Source: Sphagnum compactum
Lineage: Eukaryota
Length of the DNA stretch: 64,000 nucleotides
Direction: 5' to 3'
NCBI GenBank assembly: GCA_965153455.1
Contig: OZ234493.1
Location: 33,346,213-33,410,212, forward strand
The number at the start of each line of letters is the position of its first letter. Within the stretch, counting starts at the first letter, position 1. Shown piece by piece: positions 26,720-38,810 of this stretch. A program made the position numbers and the translations under genes. A model generated the notes under the pieces. The model was not told the origin of the DNA and did not search any database. It saw nothing but the letters and a program-made list of their open reading frames with translations.

Positions 26720-27800
26720 AACTAAGACGAGGCCGTTTGGCAACAATGGTTTGCCTAGAGATGGAAGCGAGTTGAATTTTTTGCAAAACCATCAACACCC
26801 CTTTGCCTATAAAATGTGCGTAATATCAGCAATGCAGGGTTTCCAATGCTTTTGGTTGACCACACCATGTTAACACAACGATGAAAAAAATCATCAATTT
26901 GTTAGTCTAAGTGTCCACATAACTTTATGGCAAGAGGGATAAACATATCCATCAAGTGCCAATCATAGTAAAATTTATCCTTTGTTTAAACCATTATCAT
27001 CATGACCACTTCATGAGAAGTGGTAATTTGTGAAACTAAATAAACTTGAGTGAGATCAACAATGACAACATCAATTATGTGGACCCCCATTTGAAGAGAC
27101 CACAATGTTGACCCATCAACATGAAAATTAGAAGAAAGATGATGTGAGGACATGTGTTTGTTCACATGAAATTTAACATCTTTGACAATGGAAACAAAAA
27201 CATCCAAATAACATCATGGGATGTGGTGCATTCCCTTCTATGAGAACATTAAAAAGGTGTATCCTCAATGAGTCTATAGGTTGCCTATAGATGCAATGGG
27301 GCTAAACCAAAAGCCACCAAATGGGGGAAACCGACTCAGTTCACAACATTGTGGAAAAGATGTCTAAGGCCATATGAAATGATATGATGATTAGATAAAT
27401 AAAAAACCAAACATTTGAACTTGGACTTGCACAAGATCTTAAGAAAACACAATGAAGATTAGAAATCATGTCAATGATAATGTTAGACAGGATGTTCATG
27501 CAACCTTTATAATGTTTTCCTAAAGATAATTTGTTCCCCTATTTGAAAATTGTTTGAAAGGGGATTGCAAGCTTGTGTTATAAGGGGAGGAGGTCATGTA
27601 ATAACCTCGTCTAGGCTTGGAATGGAATCAAACATGTATTGCTAGCTTCCTATGGTCACCAATAAGAATGGTGGGTGATCTTCCAAGAATTTGAAAGTAA
27701 TAATTAAAGTCACAAAGACCTAGCTCCCCAAATTGGTTAATAGGGCAATGACTTTACCGAAAATGAAACCTATCTAGCTTTATAGATGGGGAAAAATTAC
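26720..27800 (-). mobile_element. Relic 3' end of an RLE-type (CRE/NeSL/R2-like) non-LTR retrotransposon
   Basis: Decayed CCHC knuckle (QPIDSLRIHLF*CSH), TSHDVIWDVFVSIVKD, DVVIVDLT and K..Y..MFIPLA...GHL. This is the order expected for a restriction-like endonuclease domain. Confidence 0.6.
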
Positions 27801-28600
27801 ATGCCAACAAACTAAAAAACCTTTGAACATTCTAAAGGAACTTGTACACAAAAGCCTTTTAAAAACTTGGATGAAGGCCAAGTTAAAAGAGACTAATTAA
27901 TCTTGGAAAGCTTGAGAAAGAAGGAATAACACCCAAAAAAAAGACTTTTGGGCAAAACAACAAGAAAAAATCTTAAAAACCACCTAAACATTGCCCCATG
28001 TGGGCACACATCCAAGATGCTAGGTTCAATGTTCTTCAATTACACAAAAAAAAAATCAAAGCAAATATTAACATTCAATAGATGTTACTGAATCACATTA
28101 TGTCGTACAATTTATGCCCTTACCATTAACCTAGGGCAAAATGGTGACAAACGTTTTTGAAAATAAAAGTTTCATGCAATCAAAGAAGGTTTAGCATGCA
28201 TTCACGATGGGGTCTAGTTTTTTTTTTTGTGGAGAAGGGGTGGGGAGGGGTTTTTTTGTTTATTTGTTCTCAATGTGTTCTCATCATGTTCCCATAGGCT
28301 TTCCCCAAGCTCCCAAGTTGTTCCCCAAGACGTTCCCAATAACACCTCAATTTAATCCCATATGGTTTGCCCAAAGTTCAACTCTCATGTATATAAACTC
28401 AAAAAGGGGGCCAAAAGGGAGCAGATTTGTTTCTAGTTTGCGATCAGGATCCAAAGAGTCAATTTTATTGGGAAGGGAAATATTCCAAAAACAATTGGTG
28501 ATGTGCCTCAAAAAAAGATTTACTATTTATTTATTTTATTTTATTAATAAAATTCTTTTGGAAGAGTTTGTTGAAGCTTCGAAACATGTTGTACAGTGAT

Positions 28601-28622
28601 AAACCCTAAACCCTAAACCTAA
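28601..28622 (+). promoter_or_regulatory. Telo-box repeats (AAACCCTA) at the MIF promoter; more copies in intron 1
   Basis: aaaccctaaaccctaaacct about 290 bp upstream of the ATG. Confidence 0.5.
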
Positions 28623-28902
28623 CTCCATTGCAGCAAATCTACGAGGACCTAGGGTTTCCGACGGAGCTTCGTCGTTGTTGTTTTTTGCTGGAGCTGAAGC
28701 GGGGTGCAGGGTTTTGTGTGAAGGCATTTTTTCCTTTACGAAATTGCGGAGTCATGGCATTCTTCCGTGCTTGACAGACATTCTTGTGTTCCAGGCAGAT
28801 AGACTTCCGTACGTCAAGGGAAGAAGGGAAGAAGCAATTGTGAGGTGCAAGGAGGAGGAGGAGCACCACCACCACCACCACCACCACTACCAACAGGATT
28901 CA

Positions 28903-30246
28903 ATGCCGACTTTCAATGTGCAGACCAACGTGCCCCTTGACGACTGTGTTTTAGTATCTGATATTCTCAAACAGACCAGCAAAGCAGTTGCCAACATCAT
29001 CGGCAAGCCTGAATCTGTACGTAACTGTTCTTATGCGGTTTTTGAGAAAAGTTTTGAATGTCATTTCTACACCAAAACCCTAAAAAATTCTTCGCTGCAG
29101 ACAGATAATGTGTGTACTACCATGTGTTTACCCTAAACCCTAAACCATGTGTGTTCAAGTTCTGTTAGTCCAGGAAGTTTTGTTTGTCCTGACAGTGTGA
29201 AATTTTAGGGTCTAGGGTTTAGGTTACACACATTGTTTTCTCACCTTATTTGCTCAACCAATTGCAATGCTCATAATGTCAAGGCAATGTTTGTGGAATG
29301 TAGTATGTAATGATATCACTCAGAGGAGGAGTGCCAATGTTGTTTGGGGGGAGCGAAGACCCAACAGCATATGGGGAGCTCATCTCCATTGGTGGACTAG
29401 GGCCAGAGATAAATGAGCAATTGAGTGCAGCCCTTGCAGAGATTCTGCAGACGAATCTGTCGGTGCCTCCAGCAAGATTTTACATCAAGTTTTATGACGT
29501 CAAGGTAAGGTCTTATGTTTACGACTGGGCTAATTTTTTTGGAGTGGAATTTGTGCTAGGAATTTTGCATTCAGAATGGTGATTTATGCTTGTGCATCTT
29601 GTATGGATTGTTGTTGTGGGCAGGGTCATTCATGTACTCAGGATAAATTGTGCATGCATGTACTTCACCACTAAGGCTTTTCAGGCCCTCTGAAATACTG
29701 CTGTTCTTGAGAGAAGTCATCCATCAAACTGTACTCATGGCAAGTAAGTCATAGTTTAGAATCAGGTTGGCAAGTTGTCCAGTTTTCTGTCCTATTTGCA
29801 CACTCTCGACAGTCACAGTGTGCTTCAATTGTGTAGAATTTGGAGGAGGCAGTCTCTCGCAAATCAATAGCTTGTTTTGTCACACATCATGATCACTGGT
29901 GGAGTGCTGAATGTAAATAGCATAGTACTTATGTAGCTCACTCACCTATATGTGCTGTTTTGTACAGAATCCAGTAACTTCTGAATATTTTAGGTCTAAA
30001 GACAGCAAATGCAACAATAGTCTCAATAAGGACTGCTATAGTGCCTCAGAGCCTGTTGGGCTTCATATGCAATTCATGATCTATTCATAGCAGCTTATGA
30101 TGAACATCATGATAATGAAGGCTAGCACCTAGGAAACTCATAATACAAGCACTAGTTTTCTTGCCATATCACTGCAAAGAACCTGATTGGTTTTTGTGTG
30201 GGACGCGCAGATGACTGACTTTGGCTGGAATGGTGCAACATTCTAG
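28903..30246 (+). CDS. MIF: Macrophage migration inhibitory factor / tautomerase-like (MDL) protein, 116 aa; exons 28903-29016, 29304-29504, 30211-30246
   Basis: M-P start (catalytic Pro1), IGKPES|YVMI, FGGSEDPTAYGELISIGG, RFYIKFYDVK|MTDFGWNGATF*, with canonical phase-0 introns. Confidence 0.95.
29624..29674 (+). other. Candidate alternative terminal exon of MIF encoding GHSCTQDKLCMHVLHH*
   Basis: TTGTTGTGGGCAG acceptor followed by an in-phase 16-codon ORF ending in TAA. Confidence 0.55.
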
Positions 30247-31689
30247 TCTGGTAATTGCTCTTTGATCAGCATTGTAAACAGTTGAAGTAACTCATACATG
30301 ATTATTCACGCTTCAAAGGGAGTGCCAGCTGCTACTCTAAGGTGAAGCCAATCCATGTGACTTTGCCAATATTGTGATCCATACTGCAATTGGCAATGGT
30401 TAGGCTGTAAAGCCCACAAATGTTGTTCTCCCTAAACCGTGGATGTGATCAACCCTGTTGATAACTTGTTGATGGTAACTCTGTTGGGAGCTGACGAAGT
30501 CAAATGGGTAGTAGTCATGGCAGCTTGCAATTGCTATTCATGATGAAGGTGATGGTCTGACACTTTGGTAGTAACTCTCACAAGGTTATGACTGCATTCA
30601 TTGTCGTGTTATCATCAAAGTGTAGTGGATTTCCCTTCGGAATCTTGAAGAGATTGTAGCATGAAGTTTCAAAAGCTTGTTTCTCCAGAGTTCCTCTTGG
30701 CCTATGGACTGGATTTGTTTGGTGTTTGATTCAAGACGAATATGGAATGCTTGCAATGAAGGTCACAATTGAAGTTGGAATGAAAATGTGATGATAGCCT
30801 TGAATGCTCTCCCAGTTCAAAAAAATATCGAATGGAGAAAATCCCGTGCTACAAAAGCACAAACAGAACCATGTGCATAAGTGCTCTATTTCACTTTTGG
30901 CCATGCATAGTGGTCCTGATTAGTGGAACCAGTAGACCACCACTGATCTCACCGAAGAAAAACTCACAAATCATTTATGTGTGGGCTGAGGTTGTGAAGT
31001 GTAATGTAAAGTGAAAATAGACTTTTTTGAGCTATCGATATATCATAATGGAGCCAAAAAGGGTAACTAATTGTTTTATGTAAATTTTGATTTTTGACTT
31101 GATGTTCTATGTAACTTCTTTTACTACTATTTTAGGGTTTTCCCTTTCTTTTTCTTCATCACTTTGCTTAGATTTATTCTTTCTCCACTTTCTTCATTTT
31201 CTTCATTTTAGCAAGTAGGATCACAATGGATCATAAAAGAGAAAAAGTATGAAAAAACCAAACATGGCTTTTTTGGCTAATTGGCAAATGAAATTTGTGC
31301 CCTTGTTTTATGTTGAAAATATTTTCTAAAAATGAGAAAAAAAATTATGTACAAAAATTTGACAAATCTTGACTTTTTTGGACCATGGGTTAACAAATTT
31401 TGTTCCCACCTTCAGAAGAAAATCATCAAAAAATTGAGAAAATTTTTATGTAAGAAAATCCAACCAATCATGGCCCATGTGCTAATGAACTTCATGTTCA
31501 CCTTCAAAAAAACATGATTTAAAAAATTTAAGAAAATATTGTGACAATTTTTTTGTAGACATGGGCTTTTTGATTTCATGCTTTAACAAATGTTAAGCCC
31601 ACCTTTTTTTTTAAAATTATAAAAAGATTGAAACTCAACTATTTAAAATTTGACCAATCCTGATTTTTGGAGCTCATGGTCTAACATTC

Positions 31690-32105
31690 TTGTTGCCAAG
31701 CTTAGCATACTCTTGGTACCATTGGAAAGTCCCATAGCACCTTTCACCATGCTCTTGAAACCGTTGGAAAGCCCTCAATGAGCATGGATGCACCAAGGTG
31801 ACTTTGTAATGTTTGGATTTATAGTGCATGAATTATTGAATATTGAAACAATTTTGTGAAAGAAAAATTTTAAAAGTCAAAAGTAATATTTTAAAGAAAA
31901 TTCACGTGAGCTTTTCATATTGTTCAAAAGTCATCAATGAGTGAGTGAGATTTCTTGGAGGTGATTTTGGGGCAAGATTTTGAATATTAAATATCTTTTT
32001 GTCATTGGAAATTTATTTTATATTATTATTATTATCATTTTCACAATTGAGCTCTATTCTCAAATTCCTTGTTTACACTTGAGCCAATGGCACAAGCTGC
32101 ACTAA
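31690..32105 (+). repeat. Probable non-autonomous Helitron-like repeat remnant
   Basis: Duplicated CC(A/G)TTGGAAAG motif and a decayed GC-rich end followed by ACTAAT (CTRR-like). Resemblance only. Confidence 0.3.
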
Positions 32106-32961
32106 TATTATTAACCTACCCTTTCCTCTCACAAACTTACTCCATCCTTCCCAAACTCCGTCACAAAAAAATGGAGTGAGTAAAGGGGTCGTGCACCAAA
32201 CTAGCTTAAGGTTAATCTAATGCCATGAAAATTAAGTTTTACATGGTTGGAGGTCCTAATATCAAACATGGTGACCAAAGTGAAATCTAATTCATTTAGA
32301 TTATAGAAGGCAAAGGATTGAAAATATAACAATTTTTGTGGTTTGGATGTCTATTAACTGATGGTAATTATTGTCACATCGCAAAATAATAATAAAAATA
32401 AGTCTAGAATGAAAATGTTATTTAGCATAATAAATACCCATTCCTAGCTTGTAATACTAAAATGTAGATGTGTAAAATGCAAATGCATATATCCTCCCCA
32501 AACTTTGCTTCAGCAATGACTTGATAAAACAATGTGGTGCTTCAATTTTAAGTTTTGAACACAACTTTTCACATTGGAATGTTAGTTTAACATACTATAT
32601 TAGAGTATGATTCACATGCAAATATTCAATATTATCAGAATTGTAGTTTGGTTGATACATTGATACTAAAAACAAAACCAAACAAAAAGAAAAAAAAAAA
32701 ATTGAAACAATCTATGATGAACCTTGGGTACTGCCCCCAGGATGGACTATGATGATCCCAGGATTCAATATACCCACCCAACAGCAGAAAAATTAGTTGC
32801 CAACAATATTCAGCAAACTTGAATAATGTACAAGGATTCGACAAAGGTTATTGCTTGGAGAGTTTTCCAAGGGGAAAAACTATTGAACAAGCTTCTGGGT
32901 TGTCCTTTAATAGTCTCATTATTAACTGGCACAACAAAATAGAACCAGTAACCAAAAAATT

Positions 32962-34881
32962 TTACCTAACGAGATTCATCTCAAAAGAGCTCGTAAAGGA
33001 TTGAAATCCACCATCACTAAAAAGCTGCCCTGTTGACCCCATAGCACTCTCAATTTCGTCTCTCTCAGATGTTAAGGGCAACGGACGATCTGGAATAGGT
33101 GGCAATGGTTGGTTATCCTCCAAGAATTTCAGTGCATCACTCATAGTTGGGCGATAGGCAACATGGGGATGAGCACACAATAGTGCAATTGAGATAAGCC
33201 GTTCGATATCTTCTCCAGAACCTCTATTCTCCATCCGTTCATCAAGGACTTGGGTCCAGTTTCCTGATTTCACTAATGCCCATGCCCAATCTGTGATAAG
33301 TGTCATACCTACTAATGTTGAATTCACTGCCGTCCGTGCACTAATAAGCTCCAATAGAACTACACCAAAGCTGTAGACATCACTTTTTTCTGTAAGCTGG
33401 CCATAGAGGGCATACTCAGGAGACACATACCCAAAAGTTCCAGCAACCCTGGTCGTAACATGAGTCTGGCCTTCTGGCGTGAATTTTGCTAGCCCAAAGT
33501 CAGCAACATGAGCCTCAAACTTTTCATCAAGAAGAATATTGCTTGCTTTGATGTCACGGTGGATGATTGCAGGTTGAGCTCCATAATGGAGGTAGGCAAT
33601 TCCTCGTGCCATGCCAAGTGCAATTTGCTTCCGGGTTGGCCAATCTAGGCTTGGCTTATTGGGGTTGAAAAGGTAGTCTTTGAGACTCCCATTGCGCATG
33701 AAGTCCAGGACGATGATTCTCTGATGGCCTTCTACCAATCCCCCCTTTCCAACACAACAACCCTTCAGTGCCACAAGGTTACGATGACGGACTGATGAAA
33801 TCATCTCGACCTCATGAACAAACTCTGCATCACCTGCTGGAGAACAATTCTTGAAGCACTTCACAGCAATTTCTGACCCAGATTTCAGCACCCCTTTGTA
33901 CACATTCCCAAATCCACCAGAGCCAATAATTGCCCCCCGTGAGAAATTATGTGTGGCAGCTTTGATGTCATCCATTGTAAACCAGACTAAACCCCCATCA
34001 GAATTCATCGAGCCTTCTAGAAGCTCAGTAGTATGCTGGATGAATGCCTTCTGCTCCTTGCGTCTCCGCTTCTGCAACCGGAAATGGAAGTACAATGAGA
34101 TGCTTATCGTCAGAACTGCCACAGCTACCACTCCAACCACAATGTAGAGAACAGTTAAGTTCCGATGACTGTTCTGGGTGCTGTTCAGTAGATAGAAAAG
34201 ACACCTTGCAGTGTATGGATCGAGAGGACCTGCTGAATTCACCAACCCTGCAGCATACATGCTAGAGTAGTTCTGGCATCCCACTTGTGACCGATTTGCA
34301 GCTGATTGTAAGTCTAATGCCAATGTTGACACTGCCCGGATGCAACCGGCACAAAGCACAGTGTCTCCATTTGCATTTGCAAGAACACCCTGACACGACT
34401 GGGTAACACCAGTGAGATTTCCAGGATGGACAAGGTGCTCAAGATCTGAAACCTGTTGGATTCCCTGGCAATTACCTTGCCCACGTGTGATTTGTGAGAA
34501 ATTGAAAAGACATGAAGTCTCAAAGTTGCTATTAGCAGCTGCACCCAATGACACAAGCTCAGAATGGAAAGCCAGTGAGCAATCTGCTGTAGTGTTTGCA
34601 GGGATCAGAAAGAAATTGGTTTGTTTCAAGTATTCCGACAGCACCATTTCCAGTGCATTGAGTAGAATTAGGCATTGCACCTGCGTGATTGGAAGTCTCG
34701 CCTGCTGAGCTACATAGGGGAAGTTGGATAAGGCTGAGAAATCAAGAGGACAATTACCTTGGGCACCAGTAGTCACAGCTTGTGCTGCTGCTGCCATGAC
34801 TACACATGCCCACAATACTAAAACCTTGGTAATTTCAACCAACAAGAATGAGCCGCTGCCCTTCTTCCTAATCATCATCAT
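32962..34881 (-). CDS. RKF3: Receptor-like Ser/Thr kinase, RKF3/SPARK family; intronless, 639 aa from the first ATG
   Basis: Signal peptide, Cys-rich ectodomain starting CPLDF (SPARK-type), TM helix and a kinase with GSGGFG, HRDIKASN and DFG. Carries the RKF3-typical segments FKNCSPAGDAEFVHEV and EGHQRIIV. Confidence 0.92.
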   Translation of the reverse strand: MMMIRKKGSGSFLLVEITKVLVLWACVVMAAAAQAVTTGAQGNCPLDFSALSNFPYVAQQARLPITQVQCLILLNALEMVLSEYLKQTNFFLIPANTTADCSLAFHSELVSLGAAANSNFETSCLFNFSQITRGQGNCQGIQQVSDLEHLVHPGNLTGVTQSCQGVLANANGDTVLCAGCIRAVSTLALDLQSAANRSQVGCQNYSSMYAAGLVNSAGPLDPYTARCLFYLLNSTQNSHRNLTVLYIVVGVVAVAVLTISISLYFHFRLQKRRRKEQKAFIQHTTELLEGSMNSDGGLVWFTMDDIKAATHNFSRGAIIGSGGFGNVYKGVLKSGSEIAVKCFKNCSPAGDAEFVHEVEMISSVRHRNLVALKGCCVGKGGLVEGHQRIIVLDFMRNGSLKDYLFNPNKPSLDWPTRKQIALGMARGIAYLHYGAQPAIIHRDIKASNILLDEKFEAHVADFGLAKFTPEGQTHVTTRVAGTFGYVSPEYALYGQLTEKSDVYSFGVVLLELISARTAVNSTLVGMTLITDWAWALVKSGNWTQVLDERMENRGSGEDIERLISIALLCAHPHVAYRPTMSDALKFLEDNQPLPPIPDRPLPLTSERDEIESAMGSTGQLFSDGGFQSFTSSFEMNLVR

Positions 34882-35147
34882 GCTTAGAAAAAGAATGGTC
34901 TCCACATGTAACTAGATGATCTCTGATGATCCTCTCTCTCAAGGACTACACATTCTAAACCATCTCAGAATACTACTAGCCCTAATAAAATCTAAAGAAA
35001 ACAAGAATTCTGCAAAAAGGACTCCCAAATGCTCAGCTGCCAAAAGCTCATCATCCAGATTTGATTTCTGCTTCAGTCTGCTTAATCCTCCTCATTCATC
35101 ACAAACACAAGCTCCATTGATCAGAGAGCTCTGATTCTGTTCAGATC

Positions 35148-35149
<2 letters not shown>

Positions 35150-35192
<43 letters not shown>
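35150..35192. repeat. (CT)n microsatellite in the kinase 5' region; second tract at 35541-35581
   Basis: About 20 CT units each, read directly. Confidence 0.9.
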
Positions 35193-35198
<6 letters not shown>

Positions 35199-35538
35199 CC
35201 TCTAGAATTAAATCTTAGCATTTTGCTTCAACCCCAAATCTGAGCAGGGGTTTGGAATGATCCTGAAATCTCACCTAATAATCTTTGAACAATTTTGTAA
35301 AAAAGCAAAGTGAAACTCGGAACCAAAGCAAGCTGTGGCTATAGCAAAAATAAATCAGAGCAGTCGGTGGGGGAGGAGAAGCTACAGAAAATTGGACGAC
35401 AAGCATCTTGAGGAACCCCTCTAAACGCACTGAATGAAGAAAAAAAGTGAATAGAAGAAGAAGAAGAAGAAAACAGGGGAAAAAAACTGGACGCTCTCTC
35501 TTCTCTTCAACTCGTCGTCGCGGCCTCCGACAGATAAC

Positions 35539-35584
<46 letters not shown>

Positions 35585-38439
35585 GTTCCTAAACTCCAAA
35601 TATTTCAAAAGAAAAAACCTAAAGCAAGCTATTCTCTATTTTTTGTTTCCAGGCAAGGCAAAAGAAACACAGAAATAAAAACTTGTGAAAGCTTGCTGGC
35701 TATGGAGTCTGTCTCTTCTTCTTCTTCTTGTGCTCCTCCTCCTTCTCCCCCGTACTCAAGCTCAGAACAGGTTCTCCCTGGACCTGTTCAGGCGTCCACG
35801 CCGCTGCTTCGTCAAGTGGTCAAGTGGTCCTACCGGTGCCAGTTCCGGGCTGCACGCGCTGGTTCCGTCAACTGGTCCTGGGTCCTACCAGGTCCGGTTA
35901 CGGGCTGCTCGCCGTTCCTTCAAGTGGTAATGGGCAACCCTTTTTTTCCCCCTGGCTATATATAGCCCAAAATATATATATATTACAAAAATTAAAATTG
36001 CTACTAAAATCATTTTTTGAAAAAAATAAATAATTAGCCATAATTCGAAAACAATTCAAGAAATTATTTGCTAAAATCATACATGGATGGATGTCTATTA
36101 TCTGAGCGTCAATAATAAATTTTTTAAACATAAAAAGCAACAACAATACAAAAATAAAATAAAATTATAAATTAATTTCATTACAATTTTTGTTATTAAA
36201 TCTTCATAAAAGTTTTTATTGGAGTTTCAAAAATAACATCAAATGAAATAAATATGTTTATATCTCAAAAACGAATTTTATATTAAATTTTTAATTTATT
36301 TTAAAATTGACGATCTTTTATTTTAATCAATTCTTGCATAATAATCTTTTCAAATCAATTTTTTTAAGAATCTCATTTAATAGTAAGGTTTTAAAGGAAT
36401 TGAAGCTAATTATTTGTCTTGTTTATCAAACAAACTTCAAAAATAGGGGTGTGGATGGATCTCCTCTTTAATGGTTAATATTTGACCCCCCAAAATGTTA
36501 AATTTGTACTCTTCCTCAAACACGGTATAAATATTGGCAACAACCTATATATATATATATATATAGGCCTCATCCTACCAAAGAAAAGTTTGAGATTTTT
36601 AAACATATAATTTCAAAAATAAAGGTAGATATTTCCAAAATTTTAATGATTTTTTGTTACTTGAATTTCAATATATGCATAAGAATCTTAGATTTTAAGG
36701 AAATAAAATCTTCCCCAAAAGAATCTTCAGCTGAAAGTAGATTTTTTTGGCCTTATGAATTTTCGGTAGATGGAACCCAAGAATAATTAACAATGGGTTC
36801 CCGAGCGTAACTAACTAGTGTTCCCCACCGTTGATTCACATCACAGCAAGAGTGTTTCACAACGGAGATGATGTGAATCAATGGTGGCAAACACTACAAT
36901 TATGGGAATCAACGGTGTGGAATCCATGTGGATTCCTAGGTGGAATGGGCCTTGTAGGGCCCATTCCATATAATCCAAGAAGCTCATCTAAAGAGCAACC
37001 CTAAACCCTAAACCCTAAACCAAATACATAGGTGCACATGTCTATTAGGGTCATTTTTAAAGATTATGTATGTTGTTGACAATGGAATTTTGGGGGGGGG
37101 GAGTGAGTTCCATGTGAGGCACTAGTAGATGGATGGATGGGATACCTAGTATATGAACCCTATTACAAATGGGTATTCCGAGAAATGGATGGGCCCATCC
37201 ACAAATCTGGAAAGAGCTTGAAAGGTATTCCTTGCCCTACATAAAGAATTTTTCTTCAAATTTGAGGGACCTTGCACAAGTGGGAATATACAACCCTTTT
37301 ATTTCCTTTTCTCTTTGTTGGATCTTCTTCCACTTTTGTAAGGTTTGATAGAATTTGAGATGACATGCTTTCAAGTACAAAGACCAAATTTGAAAAAGTT
37401 CTTGACATGTTGGTGACATGCATTTGAAAGAGCAGTCTTGACCTTGACAAGCTCGTGGTTGAAGGAGAATCTCTCTTGAGTGATACCTGCAAATCTATCT
37501 TCGAAGCAAGGTAGTTTGTTTGTTTTGTTTTGTTTTGTTTTGTAGTTATGAGATCCACCCAACCCACGATGCTTCAGATTGAGTTCTTCATGTCTTTGGA
37601 GAGCTCTCAACAAGGAGGGGTGCATGGGCTTGGTTCCATGACTTTTGGACTTGCCATGCAAAAGTTCTTGAATATTGAATGATTTCGTTTCAACTCTTCT
37701 TCTTTTTCAAATAATAGGGCATTGTGCATGGTAAAGCCCTAGGGTGGGGGCATTCTCAAAATAAACGTGGATTCACACCTAGTGTTAGCAAAAGTGAAAG
37801 GAAAGTACCCTAACACTTTTATAGTCTTTTTCACTTTGGTCACATCCTTGAACTAAATCATTATCAACCATGATGGTAGCTAGCATCAAAGGGGCCATTC
37901 ACACATAATACAACACATTAGTAATCAAGGCTAAAACATATTAATAACCTATCATAGAAGTAATTCATGTTCATGTATGCTGGTTGGTGAAGATGAGAAG
38001 ACTCATAGGGTATGCTTTCGGATTGGCATTGCATCTTTTTTATCTTTTTCTTGCAATTTGTTCGTATTGGTTTCAACTTTTGTTTTCTCATCTTGCAATA
38101 ATTTGACATTGTGATTCAAACTTTAATTGTCTTTTAAACCTATTGGTTACATCTTTGGTTTTGGTTTTGTTTTGCCTTCTTTGCATGTGTTTTCTTTTTA
38201 CTATTTTGTTTGTTTTGCATTGTAGGTTTGCTATTTTTTAAAGTTTTAATTTGACTCAAATGAAGAGATTCATTGTGAAAAGAAGGCAAGAAAAAACCCC
38301 AACACATGGGGAGCACAACCAAGTGCTCAAGGAAAGACTCTATTAATGAAACATCTACAAAGCCCATCATGTCACCACTTAACAAACCTTCCAAACCTAA
38401 CTTTGATAATCCAATTCCTTCCCCAACATCTATCAAATT

Positions 38440-38810
38440 GTGCCATGTATTTCTGCTATTAAACCAGAGATAGCCCACTCAAGTTTATGTACCTATCCCA
38501 AGCAACTTCGCCATATTTAATCAAAGATTTCCAAATGATAGTTTGTAGTTTCTTTTCATGCCATTTCTCATTGTTGACAATGAAATGGTTCCACTCGATC
38601 CATAAGGACCACAAAGTGATGCCTCTTAGTAGGGACCAAATACTTTCAATTTTTTGAAATATTCTAGGAGTTTTAGCCACAAAAATGCAATGGAAACATT
38701 GCATTGTAACCACAACTCAAGATTATTCAAATCCTTGTACCATATTTGTTAGAATTTTTTGCACATAATCCCAAGCCCATTATGAGAAACAATAATGCCA
38801 AAATTTATGC
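38440..38810 (-). mobile_element. L1-type LINE ORF2 C-terminal relic
   Basis: IWSLLRGITLWSLWIEWNHFIVNNEKW..IIWKSLIKYGEVAW corresponds to the WxxWxxRNxxxF motif downstream of zf-RVT. Confidence 0.65.

Noticed and set aside
240-30246. P450 + VOC + tautomerase as a biosynthetic gene cluster
   Set aside because: There is no scaffold-forming enzyme, the genes are ordinary conserved families interleaved with a syntaxin and a tRNA, and no co-expression evidence is available.
35447-36033. 172-aa and overlapping plus-strand ORFs
   Set aside because: They are built from microsatellites and GC-rich promoter sequence and have no domain.
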